Shown here piece by piece: positions 12,581-25,897 of a DNA stretch of 64,000 bases. The stretch's first letter is position 1. Each line of letters opens with the position of its first letter. The notes under the pieces are model-generated. The model was not told where the DNA came from. It searched no databases and saw only the letters and a program-made list of their open reading frames with translations. This DNA is from Mobula hypostoma (lineage: Eukaryota), in assembly GCF_963921235.1 (NCBI RefSeq), contig NC_086097.1, forward strand, positions 201,936,001 through 202,000,000. The letters are read 5' to 3'. The position numbers and the translations under genes are program-made.

Positions 12581-13146
12581 TCAACTTCAGAAACATTCAG
12601 TGTTGGTTGTGGTGGACTACCACTGTAAAGCAAATTATTTTCAAGAAAAAACATTGCATGAATTATCATTTGTATATACAAGGTGATGCAAAAGTATACT
12701 CAATCTAGATAAGAATTGGAAAGCACGTTGGTCCTCAATATTGCTCTCCTAGACCTAAAGCTACCGAACAACAATCACTAACAATATTCAGTCTTCCATT
12801 TTTCTTAACATTAATGAAATGAGACAACTGCATCAGAAGTCATGACTTTATGAGCTGGAGGTCTGGGCTCCAGTAATCTAAGGCTGTTTTAATGTATTCC
12901 CATTGTAAATTCAGATGGGGTAATTTTAGCTTTTCCTCAAATTATTCTATACCTTGCCAGGAGCAGGAACTTCTTTACATCCCAGAAACAATCATCTTCC
13001 AATGGAAGCTCAGACTGAATTTGGGCCCTCATTCTGCAAGAAGCACTTGGAGTATATTCAATAAATGCACCAGAACAGTCATACCATTCCAACTGCAAAT
13101 GAAGGCCTCTCTAAGAATCTAGACTGAAATCATAAATTAGTCTCTG

Positions 13147-13577
13147 AGGAATTGGAAGAACATCTTTAGGAAGCGGTGTCTCAGAAAAGCAGTGTCCATT
13201 ATTAAGGACCTCCAGCACCCAGGGCATGCCCTTTTCTCACTGTTACCATCAGGTAGGAGATACAGAAGCCTGAAAGCACACATTCAGCGATTCAGCAACA
13301 GCTTCTTCCCCTCTGCCATCCGATCCCTGAATGGACATTGAAGCTTTGGACACTACCTCACTTTTTTAAAAATATACAGTATTTCTGTTTTTGCACATTT
13401 TCAAAAAATCTATTCAATATACATAATTGATTTACTGTACTTGTTTATTTATGTTTTATTTTGATTTATTATTATTTTTTCTCTCTCTCTGCTAGATTAT
13501 GCATTGCATTGAACTGCTGCTGCTAAGTTAACAAATTTCACATCACATGCTGGTGATAATAAACTTGATTCTGATTT
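13147..13577 (+). mobile_element. Rex1/Babar-type LINE 3' end
   Basis: IFRKRCLRKAVSIIKDLQHPGHALFSLLPSGRRYRSLKAH and a (gattct)n tail; same subfamily as 17135-17985. Confidence 0.9.
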
Positions 13578-14034
13578 CTCTTACAAAATACTGAGAAGGA
13601 GGAAACCATGAGAAAAACACTTTAAGCTGTACGAATATAGTATCACACCTGTTGTGAAAGGTTACCACTGCATTCAGAACTTGCAAATGATGGATCACTT
13701 CAACCAGAGTGTAAATCCCAGATCTAGCACTCAGGTGTTTCAGGGCACCACTGCAGATGTCCAGGCTGTCTTGCACATTTTGCATTTAATGCAACACAAA
13801 AATGTTGACTTTGCAAACCACAGTGTAATTCCCAAATTTTCAATTACACTTATTTTTTATAGAAATGGATCATATGGTGCACAAAAACACAGCAATATGC
13901 AATTGTAAGTTTTAGCCAATCTTTTTTCTCTATGTTTCAATCAAAAACAGTTTCATCTGCCCATAAACAGACTGCCCAAACTATTGACAGAAATAACATG
14001 TTATCCCATCAATTCAAACAAAATCTATGCCTTC

Positions 14035-14940
14035 CATTTTAGTAAATGGAGGGAAAATTCAAACACCAGAGGTGTAAAGGGATTTAGGAGTCCTTGTGCA
14101 AGACTCCAGGAAAATTAATTTACGGGTTGAATCTGTGGTAAAGAAGACAAATGCAATGTCGGCACTTATTTCAAGGGGAATAGAATATAAAAGCAAGAAG
14201 ATAATGCTGAAGCTATAAAAGATATTAATCAGGCCACAATTGGAGCATTATCAACAGCTTTCAAAGGTTTCAAAGGTGCATTTAATGTCAGAGAAATGTA
14301 CAATATACATCCTGAAATTAGTTTTGTTCGTAACCATCCACGAAAACAGAGGAGTGCTCCAAAGAATGAATGACAGTTAAATGTTAGAACCCCAAAGCCC
14401 CCCCCCATATCTCAGAAAAGCCCATATTTCAGAAAAGATGTGTTGTCATTGGAGAGAGTCCAGAGGAGGTTCACGAGGATGATTCCGGGAATGAAGGGGA
14501 TAACATATGAGCAGCATTTGGCATCTCTGGGCCTGTACTCACTGGAATTTAGAAGAATGCAGGGGAATCTCATTCAAACCTAGAAAATGTTGATAGGACT
14601 AGATAGGGTGGATGTGGAGAGGATGTATCCTCTGGCAGGGATATCTAGAACTAGAGGGCACAGCCTCAAAATTGAGGGGCAACCTTTTAGAAGAAAGGTA
14701 AGGAGAAGTTGGGTTTTTTTAAGCCAGATAGTAGTGAATCTGTGGAATGATCTGCCACAGACTGCGGTGGAGGCCAAGCCCCTGAGTATATTTAAGGCAG
14801 AAGTTGATAGTTTCCTGATCGGTCAGGGCATCAAAGGCGATGGGATTGAGTGGGATCCAGGACCAGCCATGATGGAAAGGCAGAGCAGACTCAATGGGCC
14901 GAATGGCCTAATTCTGCTCCTATATCTTCTGGTTTCATGG
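14035..14940 (+). mobile_element. CR1 LINE 3' fragment containing a small antisense LINE-tail insertion (about 14261-14403)
   Basis: [36 protein letters not shown], and ORF 14587-14946. cccatatYtcagaaaag is duplicated at 14404-14437. Confidence 0.9.
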
Positions 14941-15399
14941 AGCTAAAATCACAATGACAATATCACATTAAATGGTTCAGAAATCCCAGATAAATCAGGA
15001 TAGGGAGTGCTTTCTCTCAAAAAAATTCAACACAAGGACAGGTGCCAGTATAGTAACACTGCCTTCACATAGAAAGGTTGAGACCTTATATGACACAAAT
15101 CACACACCAAATCTTGAGATCCATCTCCTGACTCAGTAAGGATGTGCGGTGGTCTTTGGCTTCTGTGGCTTTTCATAGATTCTATTGTGTTTCTTTGTTT
15201 TGTGAGTTCCTGAAAGAAACGGAATCTCAAGGTTGTATAATGTTTACAGACTTTAATAATAAATTTGAACTTTGATGAAGGCAGACACAAGTAATGAAGT
15301 TCACTAGTTTCAATGCCTCAGTACAGTCTTCGGTTTGTTGTGGAGTTCAAGCCCTCCTGAATGCTTCAGAGTCCTGGGCTATATGAGGCAGGCGTTTTG

Positions 15400-15900
15400 A
15401 GGCACTGGAAAAATACCAGCAACGTCATCGCCATAAAATTCCCTGGAAGGACAAGAAACCCAATGATGGTGTCCTCTCCTACTCTAATATTCCCAGTATT
15501 AAGGCCTGAGGTACATTGATTTGGTCAAGATAGACAGGGTACTTTATTCGTATCCCTGATTCCAGCTTCCAAAGCAGATACTCCATTCTGTGCTGTCATG
15601 AGAAAAGATTTCCAGGTGAACAGAGAAGTAAGAATGTACTTAAAATCTCCTGAAGAAATGCAATTTTTTGAAGACTCCTGGGTTGCTTTCACCCAAGGAC
15701 TTTCTAAGTGGAGAAGGATGATTTCGAATGTGATGCATGTATCAGGAACACAATGAGGTTCTGCCTACATGGTGGAAGAAGCAGACTACCTCATCAACTA
15801 CTCATCCACCTATCCTATTGGCCAACACTTGCCCAAACGCTGAATCTGCCATTCCCACATTGGCTTTAATAGCCACCTCAGAAGCATCAAAATCAGAATG
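15400..15900 (+). mobile_element. RTE-clade LINE 3' remnant
   Basis: Frameshifted IPWKDK..N..VL, LPKQILHSVL, LKISLKKC and a C-terminal ICHSHIGFNSHLRS, resembling RTE ORF C-termini. Confidence 0.6.
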
Positions 15901-15954
15901 AAAGTAAATGAAACTCAACCCATCAGTCTAAGAAATAGAATATCAAAACAATAA

Positions 15955-16862
15955 TCTTCTCCTGTTGTTTGTCATATATATGAACAATTTGGATGAATTT
16001 GCAGATGATACCAAAATTGCTGGTATAATGGACAGGGAAGCAGGCTGTCTAAGCTTACAGCACAATATAGATCAACCAGGAAAGTAAGAAGAGTAATGGC
16101 AGATAAAATTTAACTATGCAAAGTGATAGATTTTGAGAATTAAACCAGGGGTGTCTGTACACAGTGAATGGAAGGGCCCTGGAGACTTTTGTAGAACAAG
16201 GATACCCAGGGGTACAAGTTCCCTGCAAGTGACGACACTGTGAGACAGGATAGTGAAGAAGGTGTATGGCATACTTGCCTCATCATTTAGGGCACTGAGC
16301 ATGAAAGTCATTTACATTGCAGTTAAACTTGACACTGAAGAGCACTTGGAGTGCTGCATGCAGGTCTGGTCCCCATGCTATAAGGAGGATGTGATTAAGC
16401 AAGAGAGCATACAGAAAAGATTCTCAAGGATGTTACCTGGACTGCAGGACTTGAATTACAAGGAGAGACTGGATAGACTAGGACTATTTTCATTTTATTA
16501 GAGGCTGAGGGTGACCTAAAAGAGGTTTATAAAATTATGAGGGGCATTGGGGTATATCGTCACACTTTTTTCTTATTCTAGTCTAAAATAAAGAGCATAG
16601 GTTTAAGGTGGGATGAAAAAGATTTAAAAGGGAGCAAAGGGAGTTTTTCCACACAGAAGGTGGTGGGTGTATGGAATGAGCTGACAGAGGCAGATAATTA
16701 CAATGTTTAAAGGACATTTGTACAGGTACATCGATAGAAAAGGTTTACAGGGATATGGGCCAAGTACACACAAATGTGAGTCGCTCAGGTGGGCACCTTG
16801 GTTGGCATAGACAAGTTGGGTCAAAGGACTGTTTCTGTTATGAATAACTCTATGATTCCTTG
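15955..16862 (+). mobile_element. Decayed CR1 LINE ORF2 3' part
   Basis: FADDTKIAG at about 16000; HLECCMQVWSPCYKEDV...RFSRMLPGLQDLNYKERLDRLGLFSF. Confidence 0.9.
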
Positions 16863-17134
16863 ACTACCACATGTGGGAATAAATAGGAATAAATTGTCCA
16901 TCAGATCCCAGCCGTTTCTCAGAAACAAACAATTGAAACTTAATCTTTTCCAAAAACACTAAACTTACACTTTTCAATCCCAGCTCACTGGGTGGGCAAT
17001 TGAAATAAATGCTACACAGTGATGTATTATGTGCTATTGCTGCCTCACTGAATATTTGACTTTATAAATATGGGTACTTTCCATCATAATGGAAATGTAG
17101 AAGAGATGAAAAATTATTTTACTTTTTCTTTCTC

Positions 17135-17985
17135 AGAATCAGAATCAGGTTTATTATCACCAGCATGTGATGTGAAATTTGTTAACTTAGCAACGGCAAT
17201 TCAATGCAATACATAATCTAGCAGAGAGAAAATTAAATAAATAAATAAAATAACGCACAATAATAAATAAACAAGTAAATCAATTGCGTATATTGAATAG
17301 ATTTTTTTGAAATGTGCAAAAACAGAAATACTGTATATTAAAAAAAATGTAGTGTCCAAAGCTTCAATATCCATTTAGGAATTGGATGGCAAAGGGGAAG
17401 AAGCTGTTCCTGAATCACTGTGTGTGTGCCTTCAGGATTCTGTATCTCCTACCTGATGGTAACAGTGAGAAAAGGGCATGCCCTGAGTGCTGGGCATCCT
17501 TAATAATGGATGCTGCCTTTCTGAGACACCGCTCCCTAAAGGTGTCCTGGGTACTTTGTAGGCTAGTGCTCAAGATGGAATTAACCAGATTTACAACCTT
17601 CTGCAGCTTCTTTTGGTCCCGTGCAGTAGCCCCTCCATACCAGACAGTGATGCAGCCTGTCAGAATGCTCTCCACGGTACAACTATAGAAATTTTTGAGT
17701 GTATTTGTTGACATGCCAAATCTCTTCAAACCCCTGATGAAATATAGCCGCTGTTTTGCCTTCTTTATGACTACATCGATATGTTGGGACCAGGTTAGAT
17801 CCTCAGAGATCCTGACACCGAGGAACTTGAAACTGTTCACTCTCTCCACTTCTGATCCCTCTATGAGGATTGGTATGTATTCCTTCGTCTTACCCTTCCT
17901 GAAGTCCACAATCAGATCTTTCGTCTTACTGACGTTGAGTGCCAGGTTGTTGCTGCGGCACCACTCCACTAGTTGGCACATCTCT
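17135..17985 (-). mobile_element. Rex1/Babar-type LINE 3' fragment (RT C-terminal 188-aa ORF)
   Basis: ORF 17415-17981: WCRSNNLALNVSKTKDLIVDFRK...FKFLGVRISEDLTWSQHI...KKAKQRLYFIRGLKRFG; (agaatc)n tail at 17135. Confidence 0.95.
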
Positions 17986-19339
17986 CATCACCACCTGAGA
18001 TTCTACCAACAATTCTCTTACTCCATTCTCTTTCTTTCACTCTGTGTTTTGCTTTCTGTATATTGTGCTATGTTGAACTAATTATTCTAATTTAGAGGTT
18101 TAGACTCAAGAGCCTTGAAAATGTATTGTGTGGTGCAGTCTCTTGGCGATACACAAACTGTTTTCAATTTTACCCAAAGTAGATTGTCCCAGTGAAATTG
18201 CAGAAAATGCATAATTGTACTGGACATCTTCATGTACTATTCACATTGGCACAGCTGGCAATTTCCTGGCATCAGGAGAACACCAAATTCACTACTGCCA
18301 TAATATGTATATACTTCCACCCATACCAATATAAATTAGTCAGCAATCAGCCAGGAAAGCCTGGATAACTCAAAGTTCTCTAACATGACAATAAATGTAC
18401 TTTGAATCACATCTAACTGCTCCAGTTCAGCTGCACTGGGTATAACACATGAATGTTTTTTGTTGTCAGAGTACTTTGCTCAAAGAACTCAGACTTCTGG
18501 ATAAAGTATTTTCATGAACCCAGTCTCCCCAACATAGAAGTCAGTCCAAAAAGGCAACAGCACCACTTGTGTTATCAAGAGTAATAATAATGTCAGATTT
18601 GCACCAAGAGAATGTCATGTTACAAATTTAGAGAAAGAGGTTAGACTGGGTGATGGGATTACAGAAATAGAGATGATCAGTTGGAAGTCCCATGGAAAAG
18701 ATCAAGTAAATTAAAAGCACATGGAAACATATAGAAATAGCTTTTTTTTAAAAAAAATAATGTCATGCAAATTTATTTTGAAGAAAATTCTGCCCTACAA
18801 GCCTCAACTTTGCTATATCTGTCTGGGTACAGGATCTGAATGGCAAGTTCCCTGAGCAATCTGGCAAGCCTGAGCACTGCTGAATTCTCTGGCTAATCCA
18901 GCAACTATGTGAACTGACAGATTTGACACTCACAGATTTCCTTAAAATACTAATCTAGAACTTAACTTCAGATTTAATGGCTAAACACTAACAGTTCTGA
19001 TCAAAATCACTTGCCAGAGCTGGTACAATTCAGCTCACAGTTTCAGCTTGCTCAAAACCAATGATTTCCTTTTATTTCACCTCTACTTTTATTTTATTTT
19101 CTTCTAAACTACAGTTACAATTCCCCGACTAGTTTACAGTTTCCTGACCTTTTTTTGCCATGGAACTGCTGCCTGTCCAGCTGCTACCCACTTTGCTCTC
19201 TCTGTTGTCAAACAGAAAAAATAACAGTCATCATTCATTTCACTTTCCTGCAGTCAGCTAAATTCATTCTTCCATTGAAGAACATCCCCCTTGGGTCTTC
19301 TTATTTCTTCCATTAAGTACGACATTTGTAGAATTGAAA

Positions 19340-20315
19340 CAATCATCAGCTTCAGCATTAATAAACCCTGGTTCAACTGCAAGCTTAGACAGCTGTGTCT
19401 GGAGAAGACAGTGGTCTTCAGAGTAAAGGGGAGTTCAAAAAGGCCAAGTACAAGCCAAAGAAGGCAATCAGAGCCGCCAAATACCAAAATTCAGTCAAAC
19501 TGGAAAACCAGCTTTCTGCAAATGAAGTTCAAGAACCCACCCCGCCCCCCCCCCCCCACTCCGGTGCCCATTCAAGCAGATCATTACCAATGCCCACACC
19601 CTTTATTGTCAAGAAAAAGGAGACAAGGAAGCTGTACAGGAAGCAAAATATCGAGAAGGCTTTCAGCCCTGACTCAGTCTCCCCTGCCATCCTTAAACAC
19701 GGCACTAACTAGCTGTCTACATCCATAGTCATTTAAACTATGTACTGTTCCAGCATGTTTCAAGAAACCTGTTATTATTGCAGTCCCTAAAGAATCAAAT
19801 ATCACTGGATTCAATGACTACAGGCCAGCTGCACTCACATCAGTCATAATGAAGACTTTTAAAAGGCTGGTATTGTCATTTCTCAAATTCATAGCTCCAA
19901 ATTGCCCAGATCTGATACAGTTGACCTACCGAACCAACAGATCTAACGCAGTTAACATTGGTCTGGACTTCATACTACAGCACACCAGCTATCTGGTACA
20001 TATATCATGATTTTCCTTGCTGATTTCAGTTCAGCCTTCAACAGCATCATCCCTGAGCTTCTGCAAGAGAAACTCACCAAATTCAATATACCAGGTCCCA
20101 TCTACAGATGACAAACTTCCTCTCTGACAGTCGGCAGTATGTGAGACTAGACAATTACATCTCTATATCCCGCTCACACAGCACTGGCATACCACAGGGG
20201 TGTATTCTCTCCTCTCTCCTCTACACACCTATGACATTGCCTCCAGTGATCCATCAGTTAAACTGATAAAGCTTGTGGACAATACCACTGTCATTGGACT
20301 AAGCACCAGAAGGGA
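19340..20315 (+). mobile_element. Decayed Rex1/Babar-type LINE RT region
   Basis: NKPWFN, FNDYRPAALTSVIMKTFKRLV, DFSSAFNSIIP, TGIPQG, KLVDNTTVIGL. Confidence 0.85.
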
Positions 20316-20417
20316 CAAATTCCAAAATCACCAATCAAAACAACTTGCCTTAAATATGATTTCACTTAATGATCTCTTTCCTCTTACGTGGTGACAAAAA
20401 CAGCGTTTAGTCATTAA

Positions 20418-21800
20418 TCCAGAAAGAGTACAAAGGAAATTTACAAGAATGTTGCCAGGCCTCAAGGGCCTGAGTTATAGGAAGAGGCTAGGATTTTATT
20501 CCTTGGAACATAGGAGACTGAGGAGTGACTTTATAGAGGTGTATATACTGCATTGATAAAGGGCTCAGCAACATAAGCCAACCTTCCTGGACTTAGATAT
20601 TGCCCTGTAAGTCAGGCTTCTTAAAGTATACATCTAAGTTTATATGGTTAAGGATTTCTGTCCTATATCAACCAGACAATGAATTTCTTTAAACCCTCTC
20701 TGATTCCTCAACCAATTTTTTTTACATATATAACCCTTTGTTTTATCCAACTTCCAATGGAAAATACTTTTTTTTACTGTATCTAGAGTGGTCCTAATTT
20801 AATTCACATCAATTGTCTATTTTGTTCCACATAAAGCAATATCATTCTAATCAAACTTTCTGCATAACTACAAATCTCCAACCTCAGCAATGTCCTTGTA
20901 AATCTCAGTTGCACTCTTTGCTTTCCTGTGATTAGGTTACTAGATCTATATACAATAGTCAAGATGTGGCATAACCAATGCTGTTCTCTGCTCTCTGAGA
21001 ACCAGAACAGCATTCTTCTTGTCTCTACCCGACACATTCAACAATCATCTGCACCCACTTCTAAAATCTTAAATGTGATACAATTATGGAACACATATCG
21101 CTACTATGCTCATCACTTTGAAAAGAGTTCTCTGACTCCTTTATTCTATGCCTCAGCTAATAAAGTTATATGCTTTTTTAAAAGTTACCTATTAACTTGT
21201 CCTGCTACTTCTTAAGACTTGCGGCATATACTCCAAAGTCCTTCTTCGCTCTGACATATTCAATCCTATCATTTATTGTGCGTTTCCTTGCCTTGTTGCA
21301 GCACTCCTTGCCATTTGCTCACTCTTTTACAGATTGTTCCATTTACCACTTTTCTAACCAAGTAACCAAAGTATCTATACTTTCCTACAGTTTAAACCTC
21401 TTTGTGGTTGACCATGCAAACAATTTCTGAATCATTTCCAAATTTCTTTCTCATAAGCCATCCATTTGAGTCGAAATCATAGAAAGCCAGAGAGTGAGTA
21501 CTGAGCCCTGCAGAGCCCCGTGGCACCAGGTTTCCAGCCTCAGAAACACTCAACCTCAGCTTGTTTTTGGCTTCTTGTCACTAAGCCAGTTTTGGCTAAA
21601 TTTACATCTTCCTTGGATCCCATTCATGTTTTGCCCAGTCTGCCAGGTGGGACCTTGTTGAAAGCCTGCGAAAACCAGGTACATTATATTAAATGCGCTG
21701 CTATCAACAGCCCTTTTAGTCACTTAATCAAATATTTCAATTAATTTAGACACTACTGCCTCTTTACAAATTCACTCAGACTGTCCCTGATTATCTTAAA
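20418..21800. mobile_element. Old CR1 fragments (+ strand 20418-20545; decayed - strand about 20570-21800)
   Basis: + strand: ERVQRKFTRMLPGLKGLSYRKR. - strand: QRVQLRFTRTL, FSQAFNKVP and a PRGSAGLS remnant of the PQGS motif. Confidence 0.65.
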
Positions 21801-22822
21801 ATACATTTCCCTGATGAGCCCACGGTCTAAGATATACTAAATAGGATATGTTTACCTAACAGCAGTATAATACTGGCACTTCTCCAATCCTTCAACATCT
21901 TTCTGTTGGCCATCAGGAAATGAAAATAGTAGTCAGAGCCTCTGTATCCCAGGCTGGTACTTCTTTTAACAGCTTGGGATACATTTCATTTGGGTTTGCC
22001 AATCAGTCTATCTTCAAAGATAATAAATTCCTCCTTTATAGGGGTTATCCCATTTAATAGTTCACACTCATTCACCTAAATTAAATAGCAATAACATCCC
22101 CTCTTTTCATTAAGAATCTAACCTATTTTCACATGTAAATTTCTTTATTATCGCTAACAACTGTGCTCCTCTTTGTTATCTTATCACTTTCTGCTTACTT
22201 ACAAGAGAGTTTAATTTGTCAGTAATGGTACATACTCCTTGCTTTCCCAATTTTCCTTTCTAAACTACCAAACGTGGCTTTCCCTAACATCCTCTTTCAT
22301 CACGTCCATACAGGCCAATCTGTAACATCTAGGTATTTACTTCCATCATAAGACTTCCTTCCATGATCCCCTATTTTAACCATGACACCTTTCAATGCTC
22401 GTACAGAAAGTAAAACTTCTTCCCCCCCCCATCAGGATTTGGGATTTGGGTCCCTTCATGCTGTGATGAAAGGTACAGATTATATGTCATTCAATTCTGC
22501 AGACTGTAATTACCACTCAAAGTTCGATACTGTATTTCTGTTCCAATCCACTCTTACCCAAGGATGCAATGAAGATCAGAGCAAAGGAAATCATTTTCAA
22601 TAAGGCACTTTACAATTAAACACAATTTCTACTTTAACAACTTTCCATTGTAATCGATACTTTCATTTATTTTTCAGGTTGCTCTCATTCTTTTTTCAGA
22701 CAGTAGACACTAGTAATAAATTTTGCAGTTGTTATTAACAGTTCCTGAATCATCATTTTAATCTATCATATTTTTATCCTCATTTGGATTTTAATCAAAA
22801 CTGTCTTCAATGCATCAAAAGT

Positions 22823-23770
22823 AACACACAAAAAAATGCTGGAGGAACTCAGCAGATCTGACAGCACTTATTGTAAGTAATAAACAGTTGGTGTTTCAGG
22901 CCGAGGCACTTCATGAGGACTGGAAAGGAAGAGGGAAGAAGTCAGAATTAGAAGGTGTGGTGATGGAAAGGAGTGCAAGCTAGCAGGTAGTAAGTAAAAT
23001 CAGCAGAGGGAGAAAGGTGATAAGTGGAAGAGAAGAAGGGCTAAGGAAGATTACTCAGAGGGCTGTGAGAGTATGGAATGAGCTGCCAGCACAAATGGTG
23101 CATTCTAGCTTGATTTCAACATTTAAGAAATGTTAGGATAGGTACATGGATAGTAGGGTTATGGAGAGCTATGGTCTTGGTGCAAGTCAATGGGAGTAGA
23201 CATCTTTAGTGTTTTCAGCAGGGACTAGGTGGGCTGAAGGGCCTGTTTCTGTGCTGTATTTCTCTATGACTCTAAGAAAGAATCTGAAAGGAGAGGACAG
23301 TACACCATGGGAGAAAGGGAAGGAGGAAGGGCACTAGAGGGAGATGATGAGGTGAGGAGAAGAGAAGGGGTGAGAGAGGAGCCAGAATGTGGAATGGAAA
23401 AAAGAGAAAGTTGGAGTCTACCAAGATGGAATACGAGGTGTGGCTCCTCAAACCTGAGAGTGGCCTCATTGTTGCAGTAGAGAAGGCCATGTTGGAAAGA
23501 GAATGGGAAGTTGAATTGAAATGAGTGGCCAGAAGGAAATCCTGCCTTTTGTTGCAGATGGAGTGAAAGTACACAACAAAGCAATCCCCCAACCCATGTC
23601 GGATCTCACCGATGTAGAGGAAGCTGCACCAGGAACGCCAGGCACAGTAGACGACCCCAATAGATTTACAAGTGAAGTGATGAAATGGTGGTGAGGGAAG
23701 AGGTGGAGGGGCAAGGTTAGTACTCATCCCATTTTCAGGGATAAATGCCAAGAGGGAGATCAGTGGGGAT
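22823..23770 (-). mobile_element. Penelope-like retroelement 3' part (GIY-YIG and terminus), with a nested + strand CR1 tail (about 23052-23271)
   Basis: ORF 23272-23751: GVVYCAWRSWCSFLYIGEIRHGLGDCF...ATHFNSTSH; a second frame gives GLLYCNNEATLRFEEPHLVFHLGRLQ. The terminus family sequence is at 22823-22925. Confidence 0.88.
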
Positions 23771-24284
23771 CAGTTGTGACTCTTTTTAATTTGCCTTCTT
23801 TCTCCCTTTCTTACTCCGACACCTGAAACTGTATTCAAGCCCCTAACTTCCTCAGTTCTGTACTGAAGACTACTCTGTTTCAAACATACAAATGCCTCCT
23901 GGCCTGGTAAATATATCCAATAGTTTTGTTCTTTTATTAAAAATTAAATTTAAATATGAAATATTTAATAATCTGCCAAATTGTATTGCTATAACAAAAC
24001 ACATAATGAGCTATACTGTTTTCATTCAATATAATGAACATACTACTGGCTCTAAAATTTCCTGACCTATCATTTGCTGAATCATTATGCAAAATGAATT
24101 ATTTATGAATAAGTTCAAAATTAGTTGTCAGCACAAATATTTTTCTTCTCTTTTGACCACAGGGCAATTCTGTCAACATTTGAAACTACAGAGATCTTTT
24201 CTGTTTTCAATGCATGATAAGTGGCTTTGTAGGTTCAATCCTAAGTTAAAGATTTTTAAAGTCAAGTTGCAGCAGCCACAAACA

Positions 24285-24900
24285 GCTTCAAAGTTCAAAG
24301 TACCTTTATTATCAATAATACAGTATACAACCTTGAGATTCATCTTCTTGTAGGCAGCTACAAAACAAAGAAACACAACAGAACTCATTCAAAGAAAAGC
24401 CCCACACTACAAGACCATCAAACAGCTAATTGTGAAAAAGAGAACAAATTGTGCAAACAATAAAAAGTAAACAAAAAACATTAACCGTGAAGTCCCCAAA
24501 ACTGAGCGCTGTGCCGATGGTAGTCTTCAACGCTCTGCTGATAGCCGTAGACACAGCTGCAGAGTTAGTTCAGTGCTGAAACGCTCCAAACAAATTGCGC
24601 AAATAGTAAAAAAGCAAACAAAAAAAACAGAAGAAACATGAAATGCAGAGTTCCTGAAGTGAGTCCACAACTACAGGTCGCATTCAGCGTTGAGGCAAGC
24701 CCATCATGAAGACCAGTAGTTGCAGGCAACAGCTGCTCCCGAACCCGGCGGAGTAGGACCCAGGACTCCTGCATCTTCCGCCTGCTAGCAGCAGCGAGGG
24801 AAATCAGTCAAACGGAGGGAGACGGCGCTGAACATCTGTTCATTTTCTGCTTTCATCCTCGACAATTTTAGTCTTACTCAATTCTTTAATCGGTGCAAAG
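24285..24900 (-). mobile_element. LINE 3' UTR / SINE-like remnant with a (tttgaac)n tail
   Basis: ttcaaagttcaaagtacctttatt tail and cttgagattc...acaaagaaacac, shared in antisense with 15170-15272; LREQLLPAT-like LINE remnant at 24700-24750. Confidence 0.6.
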
Positions 24901-25755
24901 TAACAGAGCTGCCCACAAGTTCACGTTCCACATTAGGAATCAACACTTGAAATCCTTATCCCCATCAATAATTTCAGCCAATTAGAAACTTGCTTTTAAA
25001 TAATCTCAGAAAGATTGCAAACTATTTAAATAAAGTACTATTGCTTTAGTATCTTTAAACAATTTTCTTTCAGATTTCCAACTAGTACAATTATTTTTCT
25101 AATTTCTGATCAAATGTCAGATTTAGTGCAGCATGATCACACATGCAATGAACTGTAAACAAAGAAACATAATTTCCTATCATCACATTTGTCATTTTGA
25201 GGATTGAAGTGGGAAAGTCAGCTGGTTGGTTGCTATCACATCTCTTATGCTGCTGAGAAAATATGCAAAGGAAGCTTCAATAAGAGTGAGGAAACAATTA
25301 AAAATGTGCTATACTATGAAAGGGTTTTATTGCTACTTCTGAATGGCAGGCGCATGAAGATGTTTAACATGGATATTCCGAAGACAGACAGAGATGAGAA
25401 ACAGGTTTTTGTCCAATATCCAAAGCATAATGAGGAATGTCTCTAAATATTGCCCTTTTTATCTATATTTCCATGAGGCATTTATAAAGTTTGATTATGT
25501 ATTTTCACGGTGATTGCCCAAGGTAAGAAATCAAATGCCAAATCAGAATACATTTTTAAATGCCATGATTAAACTCTATCAAATAGTGACTGGTCAAATT
25601 ATATATCAATAGTGATGATATGTGGCTGTGTTTAATCCTATATCTATGTTTCAATGAAATTTATACTTGTGAAGTAGCACTTCTCCAAAAAAAAATCATC
25701 TAATTGAACTCAAGATTGTTAACAGCATAATTTTTTAATACACAATAGCACCAAC

Positions 25756-25897
25756 CATCCTGATGACTGTCTAGGTTCTGTGGACTATGCATTCTTTCTT
25801 CCAGGGTAGAGCTTTGGTCAGAGTTTATGCGATCGACTGACATCCATGTGGAGTCACTGAGTTCAAATTCTTCACTGCTCAACGATTGTTCATCCTG
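25756..25897 (-). CDS. NOL4L: Internal coding exon of a nucleolar protein 4-like (NOL4/NOL4L family) gene
   Basis: Translates (Q)DEQSLSSEEFELSDSTWMSVDRINSDQSSTLEERMHSPQNLDSHQD. From memory this resembles vertebrate NOL4L (SSEDFDMSDSTWMS...ERMRSPQNLHSQED) and NOL4 (SDEFDMSDSTRMS..NSDLSSNLEERMQSPQNL). Acceptor is tttttgtttcag/cag (phase 0); donor is G|GTTGGT (phase 1). Paralogue assignment is tentative; SDSTWMS favours NOL4L. Confidence 0.82.

Noticed and set aside
17386..18081. Plus-strand ORFs of 100 and 128 aa, and similar antisense ORFs over other LINEs
   Set aside because: Antisense shadows of LINE ORF2.
19254..19340. Possible further minus-strand exon (YLMEEIRRPKGDVLQWKNEFS)
   Set aside because: No resemblance to NOL4-family sequence that I can recognise, and it adjoins a LINE fragment.
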